Shown here piece by piece: positions 1 to 7,710 of a stretch of 64,000 bases of DNA. The translations under genes were made by a program, and so were the position numbers. The DNA comes from Candidatus Thiocaldithrix dubininis. Its GTDB lineage: Bacteria > Pseudomonadota > Gammaproteobacteria > Thiotrichales > Thiotrichaceae. The DNA is taken from positions 2,351,991 to 2,415,990 of the forward strand of contig CP124755.1 in the NCBI GenBank assembly GCA_029972135.1, read 5' to 3'. The notes beneath the pieces were generated by a model. That model saw nothing but the letters and a program-made list of their open reading frames with translations, had not been told where the DNA came from and searched no databases. Each line of letters begins with the position of its first letter. Positions within the stretch are counted from its first letter, which is position 1.

Positions 1-2
1 AT

Positions 3-914
3 GTTGGTTTATTAGAAGCTCATAGCACTCTATTAGTTTTAGCAAGACCAGAAGAGGCTCTAGAAATGAGGGATGAAAGTGGTATTAAAGCTGAAACAGC
101 TACTGAAGGTTATGATTTGAAAAAAGATCAAGTACACATGTCACTTGCATCTCTTAAATTTCAAAGTTTACCAATAACTTTTTTTAACTCAAGGGAAGAT
201 GATCCTAACTCATTACAGGATTTTTTAAATAGGCGTATTAAGGAAATGCGTATAGGTTTTAGGAAAAGCCTAGAGGATATTCTAAATAATACTTTAAATT
301 TAATTGATAATTTTCACACCGAGCAAATACAAGCCGTAATACAAGATGCAGCAATGCTTTTAAATACGAGTATTAATCAAAAGATAGAACTTTCAATAAA
401 AGAATCATATATAAGAAGCAGTTTATTAAATGCGATATCCCAATCACATCCGAGCACTATTAGAGCAGCAATTAGTCGTAAAGGAGATTGGGATAACCTT
501 GACTATGTTCACCATCTAAGTTACGGAGCGAGACAGGTTGCAGTACAGTCATTACAATCAGCTAAACTAGGTATTGTTGAGATATGCGACACTATGATTG
601 CGAATCCAAAACACACAGAAGCCAAAGATTTTATCGAACAATTTAAGCGTATCTTATTAACAGCTTACGAAAAATTACTAACTGAAGCTCAAACGAGAGG
701 CAAAGAGTCGTTTCGTGATCGTTTAAAAACAGAAATTTTATTATGGTCTAATTGTAGAGAAGAAAAGGGCAAGGGTTACAGAGATAGAGTTATTGATCAT
801 CATAAAAAATGGTTCGATGATGATGAGCAAAAGAAGTTAGTAAACGCCTTTTCTTCATGGTTAAATGAACAGTGGTTGGAAATCATAAAAAAACTCTCAT
901 TGTTACTAAACTAA
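3..914 (+). CDS. hypothetical protein, C-terminal part (ORF open to the window start)
   Basis: Frame 3 is open from base 3 (VGLLEAHSTLL...), with the stop at 912-914. It is visibly AT-rich compared with neighbouring cbbO. I recognise no motif. Confidence 0.5.
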   Translation, partial: VGLLEAHSTLLVLARPEEALEMRDESGIKAETATEGYDLKKDQVHMSLASLKFQSLPITFFNSREDDPNSLQDFLNRRIKEMRIGFRKSLEDILNNTLNLIDNFHTEQIQAVIQDAAMLLNTSINQKIELSIKESYIRSSLLNAISQSHPSTIRAAISRKGDWDNLDYVHHLSYGARQVAVQSLQSAKLGIVEICDTMIANPKHTEAKDFIEQFKRILLTAYEKLLTEAQTRGKESFRDRLKTEILLWSNCREEKGKGYRDRVIDHHKKWFDDDEQKKLVNAFSSWLNEQWLEIIKKLSLLLN

Positions 915-924
915 ATTTACAGTA

Positions 925-945
925 GGGTGAGCTGATAGCTCACCC
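925..945. terminator. hairpin between convergent genes (possible bidirectional terminator)
   Basis: gggtgagc-tgata-gctcaccc forms an 8-bp stem that overlaps the cbbO stop. There is no clear T-tract. Confidence 0.3.
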
Positions 946-3189
946 CGTCAACGCCATAAACACCTGCGGCAATCGCTCTGGCAAGCGCTGTACATTATCA
1001 ATCACCGTATAACGTTTGCCGAATATATCGCGCACGTATTCATCTGCTCGTGGGTCGAGGCTAATGCAGTAGGTATAAATACCTTGATTATCTAATTCTT
1101 TTACCGCTTGGCGCGTGTCCTGCGTCAATAATTGCGGGTCATCCACATCAATATCGGAGGGTTCGCCGTCGGTGAGAATTAGTAACAGTTTTTTATCGGC
1201 GTTTTGATGTTCTAAATAATGTGCGGCGTGGCGTAATGCTGCCCCCATGCGCGTAGAATAGCCCGCTTCCATTGCCGCTAAACGTCCCTTGACTTCATCC
1301 TGAAATGACTCGCGGAAGCCTTTAATATGCTGGTAGCGTACTTCGTGGCGCGTGTTGGAGGCAAAGCCTGCAATGGCAAACGGATCGCCCAGTGCTTCAA
1401 TCGCCCATGCTAATAAGGACACGGCTTCTTGGCTGAGTTCGAGGATACTTTGCGTGCAGCCTTGAGGGGTTTCGCTGATCGAGGCGGACAAGTCCAATAG
1501 CAGCATCACCGCAATATTACGCCCGTCGTGCTTATGGCTCATATTGATACGCGGGTCGGGATTTGCGCCACTTTTAAAATCAATCAGGGAACGAATCGCC
1601 ACGTCCAAATCCAGCTCACTACCTTCTTCTTGATAACGCACGCGGGTATAGTTTTGCGGCTTTAATAAATCGACAATTTGCTTGAGCTTTTTCGCCAATG
1701 CCGCATGTTTTGCCAGCAATGCATCAATATGTGCAGGGCTGCCTTGAGCGTGCAAACCTTCATACACACTCACCCAATCAGGGCGGTAGGTCTGCGTACT
1801 GTAATCCCATTCGGGGTAATGGCGCGGCGGCAAGCCTTGCACGTCGCTTTGATCGTCGCGCTGAGTTTGCTCAAAAAAGTCCTCATCATCGCTTTCCTCA
1901 ATAAACTGCCACAAATGCCGATTATCATCGCGGTACGGAATTGTGGTATCGGTAAAATACACATTCGGCAATTGATCAGACTGCAAGCGCGTTTTTGCTA
2001 CGAATGACAAGGCTAAATCGACCATTGCACGGGTAGAACTGTCGCCTTGTTGCATGAGGGCGTGAAACTGGGCGACATATTCATTAATGGTGGCATTTTG
2101 ATAGCCATGTTCAGGGTTCAAAATCGCATAGGACAACATCGCCAAACGATGGCGCAGACAGGATTCTTTGGCGGGATTACACGCACCTTCTTCTGGGCGA
2201 GGATGCAGGGCAATAAAGATACGGCGTAAGCCTTGATACTGCTGCATTGCCAAGTACTCGACGCGGCTGTCTTCCAAGCGTTCAATGGCAATGCGTTGCT
2301 GTGGGCTGAAATTATCGGCAATCACCTTTCTCGTCCAACGCTGATGCGCCGCCATGTGCGCCAATACCGCGCGATAACGGTCTATGCCGCGCACCCCATT
2401 GAAATCATCGAATACATCAGGAATACGCATACCATATTCATCAACATACGGCTGTTGTTCGCGCATATCACGGAAATCAATCGAGTACGGTACGAGGTGA
2501 TCGGTACGTTGCCAACAGGCTTGCAGATACAGATTTAGCTTGCGCTCGTGATGGGTAAATAGCGTACCTTTGCGCTCATGCTGCAACATAGCTTTACTAT
2601 CCGCCGACTCCAGCGCGAAGTACTCCTCTTGGCGCTGCGGATGTTTGCCATAATTGCGAATGCCGTATTCAATCCAATTTTTTAAACCACCCAATGCCAA
2701 TTGATTGATTAAATAAGGCATTTGCTGGAGTAGTTTAGGCAAACCTGGACTGGGAATAGTGGTATGAAAACCATGAATCGAGCCTGTGGTGCGGTTCATC
2801 ATCTCAAAAATGATTTCAATATAATGCTCAACCAATTCACGACTTCCCAAACGCCGCGCTACTTCAGGCAGCGCTTGCAAAAACGCAGGAATCGAGCGCC
2901 CATTGGGAGTACGCGACATCGTCCACACCGCTTGGCTAATGCATGTGAGCATATCCTCGCCTAAGTTGTGGGCAATATCAGGCATTTCTTCCAGATAAGT
3001 CAGTACAGGGTCAAACCCGCGCCCGATCTTGCACACCAACGATGCACCCTCGAGATAATCCCTAATCCCCTGTTCACTCAACACCGCTTGCGCATGCTGC
3101 ATACAACCCGCAAAGGCATCATCGAGCTGTTTGAAATTGCAGCTTAATTGGGTGCGATAATGAGCAAGGGCTTCGGCGGATAGCGACAT
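940..3189 (-). CDS. cbbO: RuBisCO activase subunit CbbO (von Willebrand factor A domain protein)
   Basis: 749 aa with a C-terminal VWA domain carrying a MIDAS-like LLLDLSASIS motif. The size and its co-orientation with cbbM/cbbQ fit the CbbO/NorD family. Confidence 0.85.
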   Translation of the reverse strand: MSLSAEALAHYRTQLSCNFKQLDDAFAGCMQHAQAVLSEQGIRDYLEGASLVCKIGRGFDPVLTYLEEMPDIAHNLGEDMLTCISQAVWTMSRTPNGRSIPAFLQALPEVARRLGSRELVEHYIEIIFEMMNRTTGSIHGFHTTIPSPGLPKLLQQMPYLINQLALGGLKNWIEYGIRNYGKHPQRQEEYFALESADSKAMLQHERKGTLFTHHERKLNLYLQACWQRTDHLVPYSIDFRDMREQQPYVDEYGMRIPDVFDDFNGVRGIDRYRAVLAHMAAHQRWTRKVIADNFSPQQRIAIERLEDSRVEYLAMQQYQGLRRIFIALHPRPEEGACNPAKESCLRHRLAMLSYAILNPEHGYQNATINEYVAQFHALMQQGDSSTRAMVDLALSFVAKTRLQSDQLPNVYFTDTTIPYRDDNRHLWQFIEESDDEDFFEQTQRDDQSDVQGLPPRHYPEWDYSTQTYRPDWVSVYEGLHAQGSPAHIDALLAKHAALAKKLKQIVDLLKPQNYTRVRYQEEGSELDLDVAIRSLIDFKSGANPDPRINMSHKHDGRNIAVMLLLDLSASISETPQGCTQSILELSQEAVSLLAWAIEALGDPFAIAGFASNTRHEVRYQHIKGFRESFQDEVKGRLAAMEAGYSTRMGAALRHAAHYLEHQNADKKLLLILTDGEPSDIDVDDPQLLTQDTRQAVKELDNQGIYTYCISLDPRADEYVRDIFGKRYTVIDNVQRLPERLPQVFMALTG

Positions 3190-3286
3190 ACAAACTCTCT
3201 CAGAAACAGGTGCGATGATTTTGCCTGAAGGTAGTTTAGGCGGAATGAGGGTGGGGAGGCTATATTACTGTGAGGGGTGATGGGGA

Positions 3287-4708
3287 CTAAATCATATCTG
3301 CTGGACTACGTACACTGATACCGGGCGTATTCAACACATGGGTATAAATCATCGTTGTCGATACATCCGAATGTCCCAGTAATTCCTGAACGGTACGGAT
3401 GTCGTAACCGGATTCCAGCAAATGGGTAGCGAAGGAATGGCGGAAGGTGTGCGTGGTGGCATGTTTGGTGATCCCCGCTTGTTTCACCGCCCGCCGAATG
3501 ATTTTCTGCAAACTGGTTTCATGCAGATGATGGCGACGCACCACCCCAGAACGCGGGTCAGCAGCGACACCACTGGAAGGAAACACATATTGCCAGCGTA
3601 ATTCTTTCGCTGCATTTTGGTATTTTCTCCCCAAGGCATCGGGCAGATACACCTCGCCAAACCCGTTTTTTAAGTCCATTTGATGTTGACGCTCAACGAA
3701 GGCAATTTGTTGTTTGAGGGCATCTTTGAAACGTTCGGGCAGCGGCACAATCCGATCTTTAAAGCCCTTAGCATTGCGAATCAGCAATTGGTTGTAATCG
3801 AAATCCACATCCAGAATCCGCAGGGTCACGCACTCCATGAGACGCAAACCGCCACCGTAGAGCAAGCCCGTCATTAAATGATGCGTACCTTTCAGGTGTT
3901 GGAATACGCGGCGCACTTCATCACGGGACAGCACCACCGGCAATTTACGTGGGCGTTTTGAACCGATAAAGTCGCCCAAATCATCCAGCGGCTTTTTCCA
4001 GACTTGGTTAAACAGGAACGCAAGCGCATTTAATGCCTGCTTTTGGGTGGAAACTGAGACATTGCGTTTAAGCACAAGGTATTCGAGGTATTGTTTGACT
4101 TCTTTACCGCCCAAATCATGCACGTCGTTGGGTTTGTGGAAGTAAAAAAAGCGGGCAATCCAACCGCGATAGGTTTGTTCGGTGCGCATCGCGTAATTTT
4201 TGAGGCGCACGGCTTTGACTACTTCGGCTAAGGCTGGCTGATAACGTTGGTAAAGCTCATTGGAACAACGCTCTTCACCTTCGAGCATTTCTAGCCCTTC
4301 CAGACCATTGAGGGCATCGGTGTAATCACGAGCGACAGTAGCATGATTGGCATCCAATTTTTTCGCGGACGCTGACCAGTATTCCCAATCGAAATCATTT
4401 GCCCAACTTTTTTTCAATGCCAGACAAAACAGAATCCGTATAGCATCGACGACTTGCCCGAATTGCCACGCCTTCAAGTTAACTTCACGCCCTACTTTGG
4501 TGAGATATTCCTCTACTTGTTGGGTTGTATGAGTGCGTATATGATCGTCTGGAAAGTAGGCAATATACTGCTTGGTACGCAGCACATACCACGTCACATA
4601 TTTTTGACTAACCCCCTGTTTGACAAGGAAAAGCGTGTAATTTTTCCAGAACTCATGGGAATACGAGGTTGCCCGTGTTACGGGGCTTCGTGTATGCTTC
4701 TTATCCAT
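3287..4708 (-). CDS. intI: integron integrase IntI (tyrosine recombinase) with an N-terminal extension of about 150 aa
   Basis: The C-terminal ~320 aa align by eye with IntI1: LPDALGRKYQNAAKELRWQYVFP (IntI-specific insert), DPRSGVVRRHHLHE, HTFRHSFATHLLESGYDIRTVQELLGHSDVSTTMIYTHV. Confidence 0.92.
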   Translation of the reverse strand: MDKKHTRSPVTRATSYSHEFWKNYTLFLVKQGVSQKYVTWYVLRTKQYIAYFPDDHIRTHTTQQVEEYLTKVGREVNLKAWQFGQVVDAIRILFCLALKKSWANDFDWEYWSASAKKLDANHATVARDYTDALNGLEGLEMLEGEERCSNELYQRYQPALAEVVKAVRLKNYAMRTEQTYRGWIARFFYFHKPNDVHDLGGKEVKQYLEYLVLKRNVSVSTQKQALNALAFLFNQVWKKPLDDLGDFIGSKRPRKLPVVLSRDEVRRVFQHLKGTHHLMTGLLYGGGLRLMECVTLRILDVDFDYNQLLIRNAKGFKDRIVPLPERFKDALKQQIAFVERQHQMDLKNGFGEVYLPDALGRKYQNAAKELRWQYVFPSSGVAADPRSGVVRRHHLHETSLQKIIRRAVKQAGITKHATTHTFRHSFATHLLESGYDIRTVQELLGHSDVSTTMIYTHVLNTPGISVRSPADMI

Positions 4709-4838
4709 TAATATTAGCTGAATTTTTGGGACATGCTTTATGGTAATGCCAAAATATGCGGAATTCTCTACGAACCAGATAGGTGGCGTGTGCTCACCGA
4801 TTGAGCACAGGCTTCCTATCCTGATATTCCAGAACGCC

Positions 4839-4857
4839 GCCTAATAAACTGTTAGGC
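4839..4857 (+). other. attI core (GCCTAAT-N5-G|TTAGGC)
   Basis: Inverted L/R boxes gcctaat ... gttaggc. G4851|T4852 is the inferred crossover, because TTAGGC is the reverse complement of the R'' box (GCCTAAC, 5265) of the first cassette. Confidence 0.6.
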
Positions 4858-5321
4858 CTTTTAAAAGCCGCTCTCCTGAATGTTCTCCATCTTTCAGCCA
4901 GTATCAAATCTATTGAGTTTTCGCTACCGTAGCTAATTCTGAATCCTTCGATATAGAATCACAGCATGCACCTTCCTCCTTGCAATCTATCGTCGTTAGC
5001 AACACCGCACTGCGGGGCGGGGTTACTTCATCGGCTATCCCGCCCGCAGGCTCTGTATTCCTTCGCGCCTCAATCACCTTCACTTTCTTCGACGTGTTGT
5101 TCTCCCTGCTGTCAGCGTAAAACCCTCCCTCCGAAAAACAGCCCCGCAGTGCTTCTCACTCCGGTCACAGTGTCAAGAACAACCTTCGCGTACCTCATAG
5201 GCAAAAAACCACTCCGGCAAAGTTCGCGCAGAACTCAAACTTCTGTCTTCTCGCAAGCACCTAGGCCTAACCCTTCGGTCGAGGGGACTCGCCGCAAGCG
5301 GCGAGCCCCTCACCTTGAACG
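4852..5321 (+). mobile_element. integron cassette 0 (ORF-less, GC-rich, pyrimidine-rich top strand)
   Basis: Starts with TTAGGC and ends with attC0. The only ORF (4966-5325) is low-complexity and reads through the attC. Confidence 0.65.
5265..5321 (+). repeat. attC0 (57 bp)
   Basis: R'' is GCCTAAC. An imperfect hairpin gaggggActcgcc-gcaa-ggcgagcccctc follows, and the site ends ...ccttgaacG at the crossover. Confidence 0.65.
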
Positions 5322-5508
5322 ATAGCGCAGAACCGCATACGCAGTTCTGCGCTATTGTATCGGAGTTGAGCTTCGCTCGAACGGGTTGCAGCCACCACGC
5401 TCCGCGTTCTGGCTATCAACCCATTCGAGTGGATACATTTGCGCCCATGAAGCGACTCTTCTAAAGAGTCACTTCATGGTCACAAACGCCCCACTCAACT
5501 CCGATACA
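5322..5508 (+). repeat. 187-bp structured ORF-less element, copy 1 (at the attC0 crossover)
   Basis: Base-identical to 6304-6490 and 8637-8823. It starts right after the attC terminal G and is followed by TTAGAC of the next cassette. Confidence 0.95.
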
Positions 5509-5541
5509 TTAGACAAAATTAAACACCCACGAGGATCACAA

Positions 5542-5727
5542 ATGGCAAAATATAGAGTTCACTATGATGCAACTAACCCAAATGGTAAAAGCAAAATGAC
5601 ATCTTACATTGACGTAGAAGCCGAATCAGATTTCATGGCTAATACACTTGCAGAATCTCAATTTTTCAGCCGCCATCCAACGTGTAGAGATTACACATTT
5701 AAGGCAAAGAAAATTGAGAAAAAATAG
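5542..5727 (+). CDS. small hypothetical protein (61 aa)
   Basis: ATG is preceded by a gagga RBS. The longer ORF-track version starts inside the 187-bp repeat and was trimmed. Confidence 0.5.
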   Translation: MAKYRVHYDATNPNGKSKMTSYIDVEAESDFMANTLAESQFFSRHPTCRDYTFKAKKIEKK

Positions 5728-5776
5728 ATTTTAATTAGATAATAATTTTTATTTCAACTACTTGGAGATTTCAATA

Positions 5777-6028
5777 ATGGGATTTTGGGACAAAGCTTTT
5801 GATGTGGCTAAAAATGTCGGAACAGCAGCAATGTCTGCGGTTGAGGAATCAGCTAATGAGACAAGAGAGATAAAACTCAAATGCGAAGGAAAATCTGATG
5901 ATGAATTGCTTCGCATGATTCATAGTGATGGTTTTTTTAGTAGTTCATCAAAAGAAAAAGCAATTGCTTTTAGTACGCTAAAAAGTCGTGGATATAGTGC
6001 TGAAGACATAAATGCAGCCAAACGTTAA
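5777..6028 (+). CDS. small hypothetical protein (83 aa)
   Basis: ATG is preceded by a ggag RBS. I recognise no family. Confidence 0.5.
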   Translation: MGFWDKAFDVAKNVGTAAMSAVEESANETREIKLKCEGKSDDELLRMIHSDGFFSSSSKEKAIAFSTLKSRGYSAEDINAAKR

Positions 6029-6050
6029 TTTTAACTTTAGAGAACTGAAT

Positions 6051-6206
6051 ATGGAAGATAAATGGGAATTCTATCAAGATGGTAATAATAAATGGCGTTG
6101 GAGAAGAATAGCATCAAATGGAAGAATAGTTGGCTCATCTAGTCAGGGCTATGTTAATCGCTCTGATTGTATTGATAATGCTAGACGACATGGCTATGAT
6201 GGCTAA
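6051..6206 (+). CDS. DUF1508/YegP-like small protein (51 aa)
   Basis: WEFYQDGNNKWRWRRIASNGRIVGSSSQGYVNRSDCIDNA matches the single YegP repeat pattern (WRWRL..NG..ia.S.gY.s...c..gi). Confidence 0.6.
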   Translation: MEDKWEFYQDGNNKWRWRRIASNGRIVGSSSQGYVNRSDCIDNARRHGYDG

Positions 6207-6218
6207 TTAGTATTAATC

Positions 6219-6303
6219 GTCTAACAAATCATTCGACGACGGACGCGGTGACAGCCCGCGTCTTCGTTTTATCTACTCCCCACCGCGCCCGTCAATTCAG
6301 ACG
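6219..6303 (+). repeat. attC1
   Basis: R'' is GTCTAAC. It has the conserved core tcgacgacggacgcggtgacagcccgcg ... ctactccccaccgcgcccgtca and ends cagacG. Confidence 0.85.
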
Positions 6304-6490
6304 ATAGCGCAGAACCGCATACGCAGTTCTGCGCTATTGTATCGGAGTTGAGCTTCGCTCGAACGGGTTGCAGCCACCACGCTCCGCGTTCTGGCTATCA
6401 ACCCATTCGAGTGGATACATTTGCGCCCATGAAGCGACTCTTCTAAAGAGTCACTTCATGGTCACAAACGCCCCACTCAACTCCGATACA
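6304..6490 (+). repeat. 187-bp structured ORF-less element, copy 2 (at the attC1 crossover)
   Basis: Identical to copy 1 and followed by TTAGCA of cassette 2. Confidence 0.95.
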
Positions 6491-6531
6491 TTAGCATCGC
6501 AAATAATAATGCCTCACGGATATAAACCTAT

Positions 6532-7533
6532 ATGTTGTCTAAACTAGAAAAAATACCAGATATAAATGAAGAAGCTGTAGTTGTTTATGCCTATTTACAA
6601 ATGCTGGAAAAATGGCTCAGAGAAATGGTTTACGTTGAGCTAAAAGCAAAAAAAGGAAATAGCTGGTTTAATTTTCATAAAACAAAAAATACATATGATT
6701 CAGATAAAAAATATACGCATATGTCAACCCCAGAATCTAGCCCATTAAGTTATTTGTCTTTTGGTGAATTACAAAAGCTTATCAAAAATAATTGGGAGAT
6801 TTTTTCACCATACCTACCACCACAAAACATATGGGATGCAAAGCTAGAAGAAATAGATAACATTAGAAATAGAATAGCCCATTTCAGATCATTACATGAA
6901 CAAGATTTAAATAGAGTTTTACAATTTTTGCGAGACATAGATCAAGGTTTTTGGAGATTCTGCACAAGTTATAATGATTCTTTTACGGTTCTACCAGCAG
7001 ATAATGATTCAGTTACAAACAAATTTGCTGACCTTGATCCATTTTTCCCAAAACAAATAGATGAGAAGAGATGGGTTACTGTCGGACATGCACCTCCCGA
7101 TTTGTTATATATTGTATCTATTAGAGTAATCAGACGATTATGGTGCGACACCTCAGATAAGATAGAAGGCACACCTGGCTATTTATATGATTTAAACATT
7201 GTTATTAGAGGTCAACGCCAATATGACTACAAAAGATTTCTCAGTGCATCAAAAAAACTACACTCTAAATTTGTTCATATCTGTTTAGATCATCAATCAA
7301 ATAGTATTCGGATCACCATTCCTGCAAATTATGGGAGTGAAGAAGTTATTAATATAATAGAACAGCTAATCGAGATAACGGAACACACGATAATTCCAAG
7401 TCGAGGGATAGTCGATATTGATGATACTTCAGTTAAAAAACTAGCTGATGAATGGCCTGAGTATGTGTTAAGTCCAAAGAATCCTTTGACTTTTTTAGAT
7501 TCAGAGATGCCTTGTTCTTTTTTCAATGCATAA
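6532..7533 (+). CDS. HEPN-motif protein (Swt1/Abi-like N-terminal domain) with an unknown C-terminal domain
   Basis: 333 aa. LEEIDNIRNRIAHFRSL contains an Rx4H motif in a helical N-terminal region. The gene is AT-rich. Confidence 0.55.
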   Translation: MLSKLEKIPDINEEAVVVYAYLQMLEKWLREMVYVELKAKKGNSWFNFHKTKNTYDSDKKYTHMSTPESSPLSYLSFGELQKLIKNNWEIFSPYLPPQNIWDAKLEEIDNIRNRIAHFRSLHEQDLNRVLQFLRDIDQGFWRFCTSYNDSFTVLPADNDSVTNKFADLDPFFPKQIDEKRWVTVGHAPPDLLYIVSIRVIRRLWCDTSDKIEGTPGYLYDLNIVIRGQRQYDYKRFLSASKKLHSKFVHICLDHQSNSIRITIPANYGSEEVINIIEQLIEITEHTIIPSRGIVDIDDTSVKKLADEWPEYVLSPKNPLTFLDSEMPCSFFNA

Positions 7534-7535
7534 AA

Positions 7536-7620
7536 TGCTAACAATTATGTCGACGACGGACGCGGTGACAGCCCGCGAGTTCCAACAATCTACTCCCCGC
7601 CGCGCCCGTCACACATGACG
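7536..7620 (+). repeat. attC2 (the only junction not occupied by the 187-bp element)
   Basis: R'' is TGCTAAC. It has the same conserved core as attC1 and attC3, and it ends catgacG|TTAGCG. Confidence 0.85.
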
Positions 7621-7710
7621 TTAGCGCAACAGTGCGATTTATATTAGTTGAATCAACATATTATGTTTTTTAAAAAAGTTTAAAGTATAAAAATAAATAT
7701 AGGAAAAATA

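Larger units (their letters stand above)
5509..6303 (+). mobile_element. integron cassette 1 (three small ORFs)
   Basis: Starts with TTAGAC, and its attC has R'' GTCTAAC at 6219, an exact reverse complement. Confidence 0.85.
6491..7620 (+). mobile_element. integron cassette 2 (HEPN-motif protein)
   Basis: Starts with TTAGCA, and its attC has R'' TGCTAAC at 7536, an exact reverse complement. Confidence 0.85.

Noticed and set aside
4709-4851. LexA box (CTG-N10-CAG) near the intI promoter, and a Pc promoter call
   Set aside because: Only poor matches were found, such as ctgaatttttgggacat. I could not support an SOS box or a specific promoter by eye.
4966-5325. 119-aa ORF in the first cassette
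   Set aside because: It is a low-complexity Pro/Ser/Cys/Leu/Arg translation with no RBS. It runs straight through attC0 into the 187-bp element. It is most likely a by-product of a pyrimidine-rich strand.
5322-5508. The 187-bp element as a group IIC-attC intron, an IS1111-attC element or an IS200/IS605-type MITE
   Set aside because: It is far too short for a group II intron, and I saw no GUGYG 5' end or domain V. It has no transposase. The left hairpin starts at the very first base, unlike IS608-type ends, which need a guide segment. A MITE origin is not fully excluded and is kept as an alternative in the findings.
5322-5508. The 187-bp element as an internal promoter cassette
   Set aside because: The best sigma70-like match I found (TTGCGC-N17-TAAAGA) is weak. 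There is no convincing -10/-35 pair facing the downstream cassettes.
5386-5541. N-terminal extension of the 5386-5727 ORF, with identical reading frames inside the other repeat copies
   Set aside because: The extension lies wholly inside the 187-bp repeat and crosses the cassette boundary. The true small ORF starts at ATG 5542 with its own RBS.
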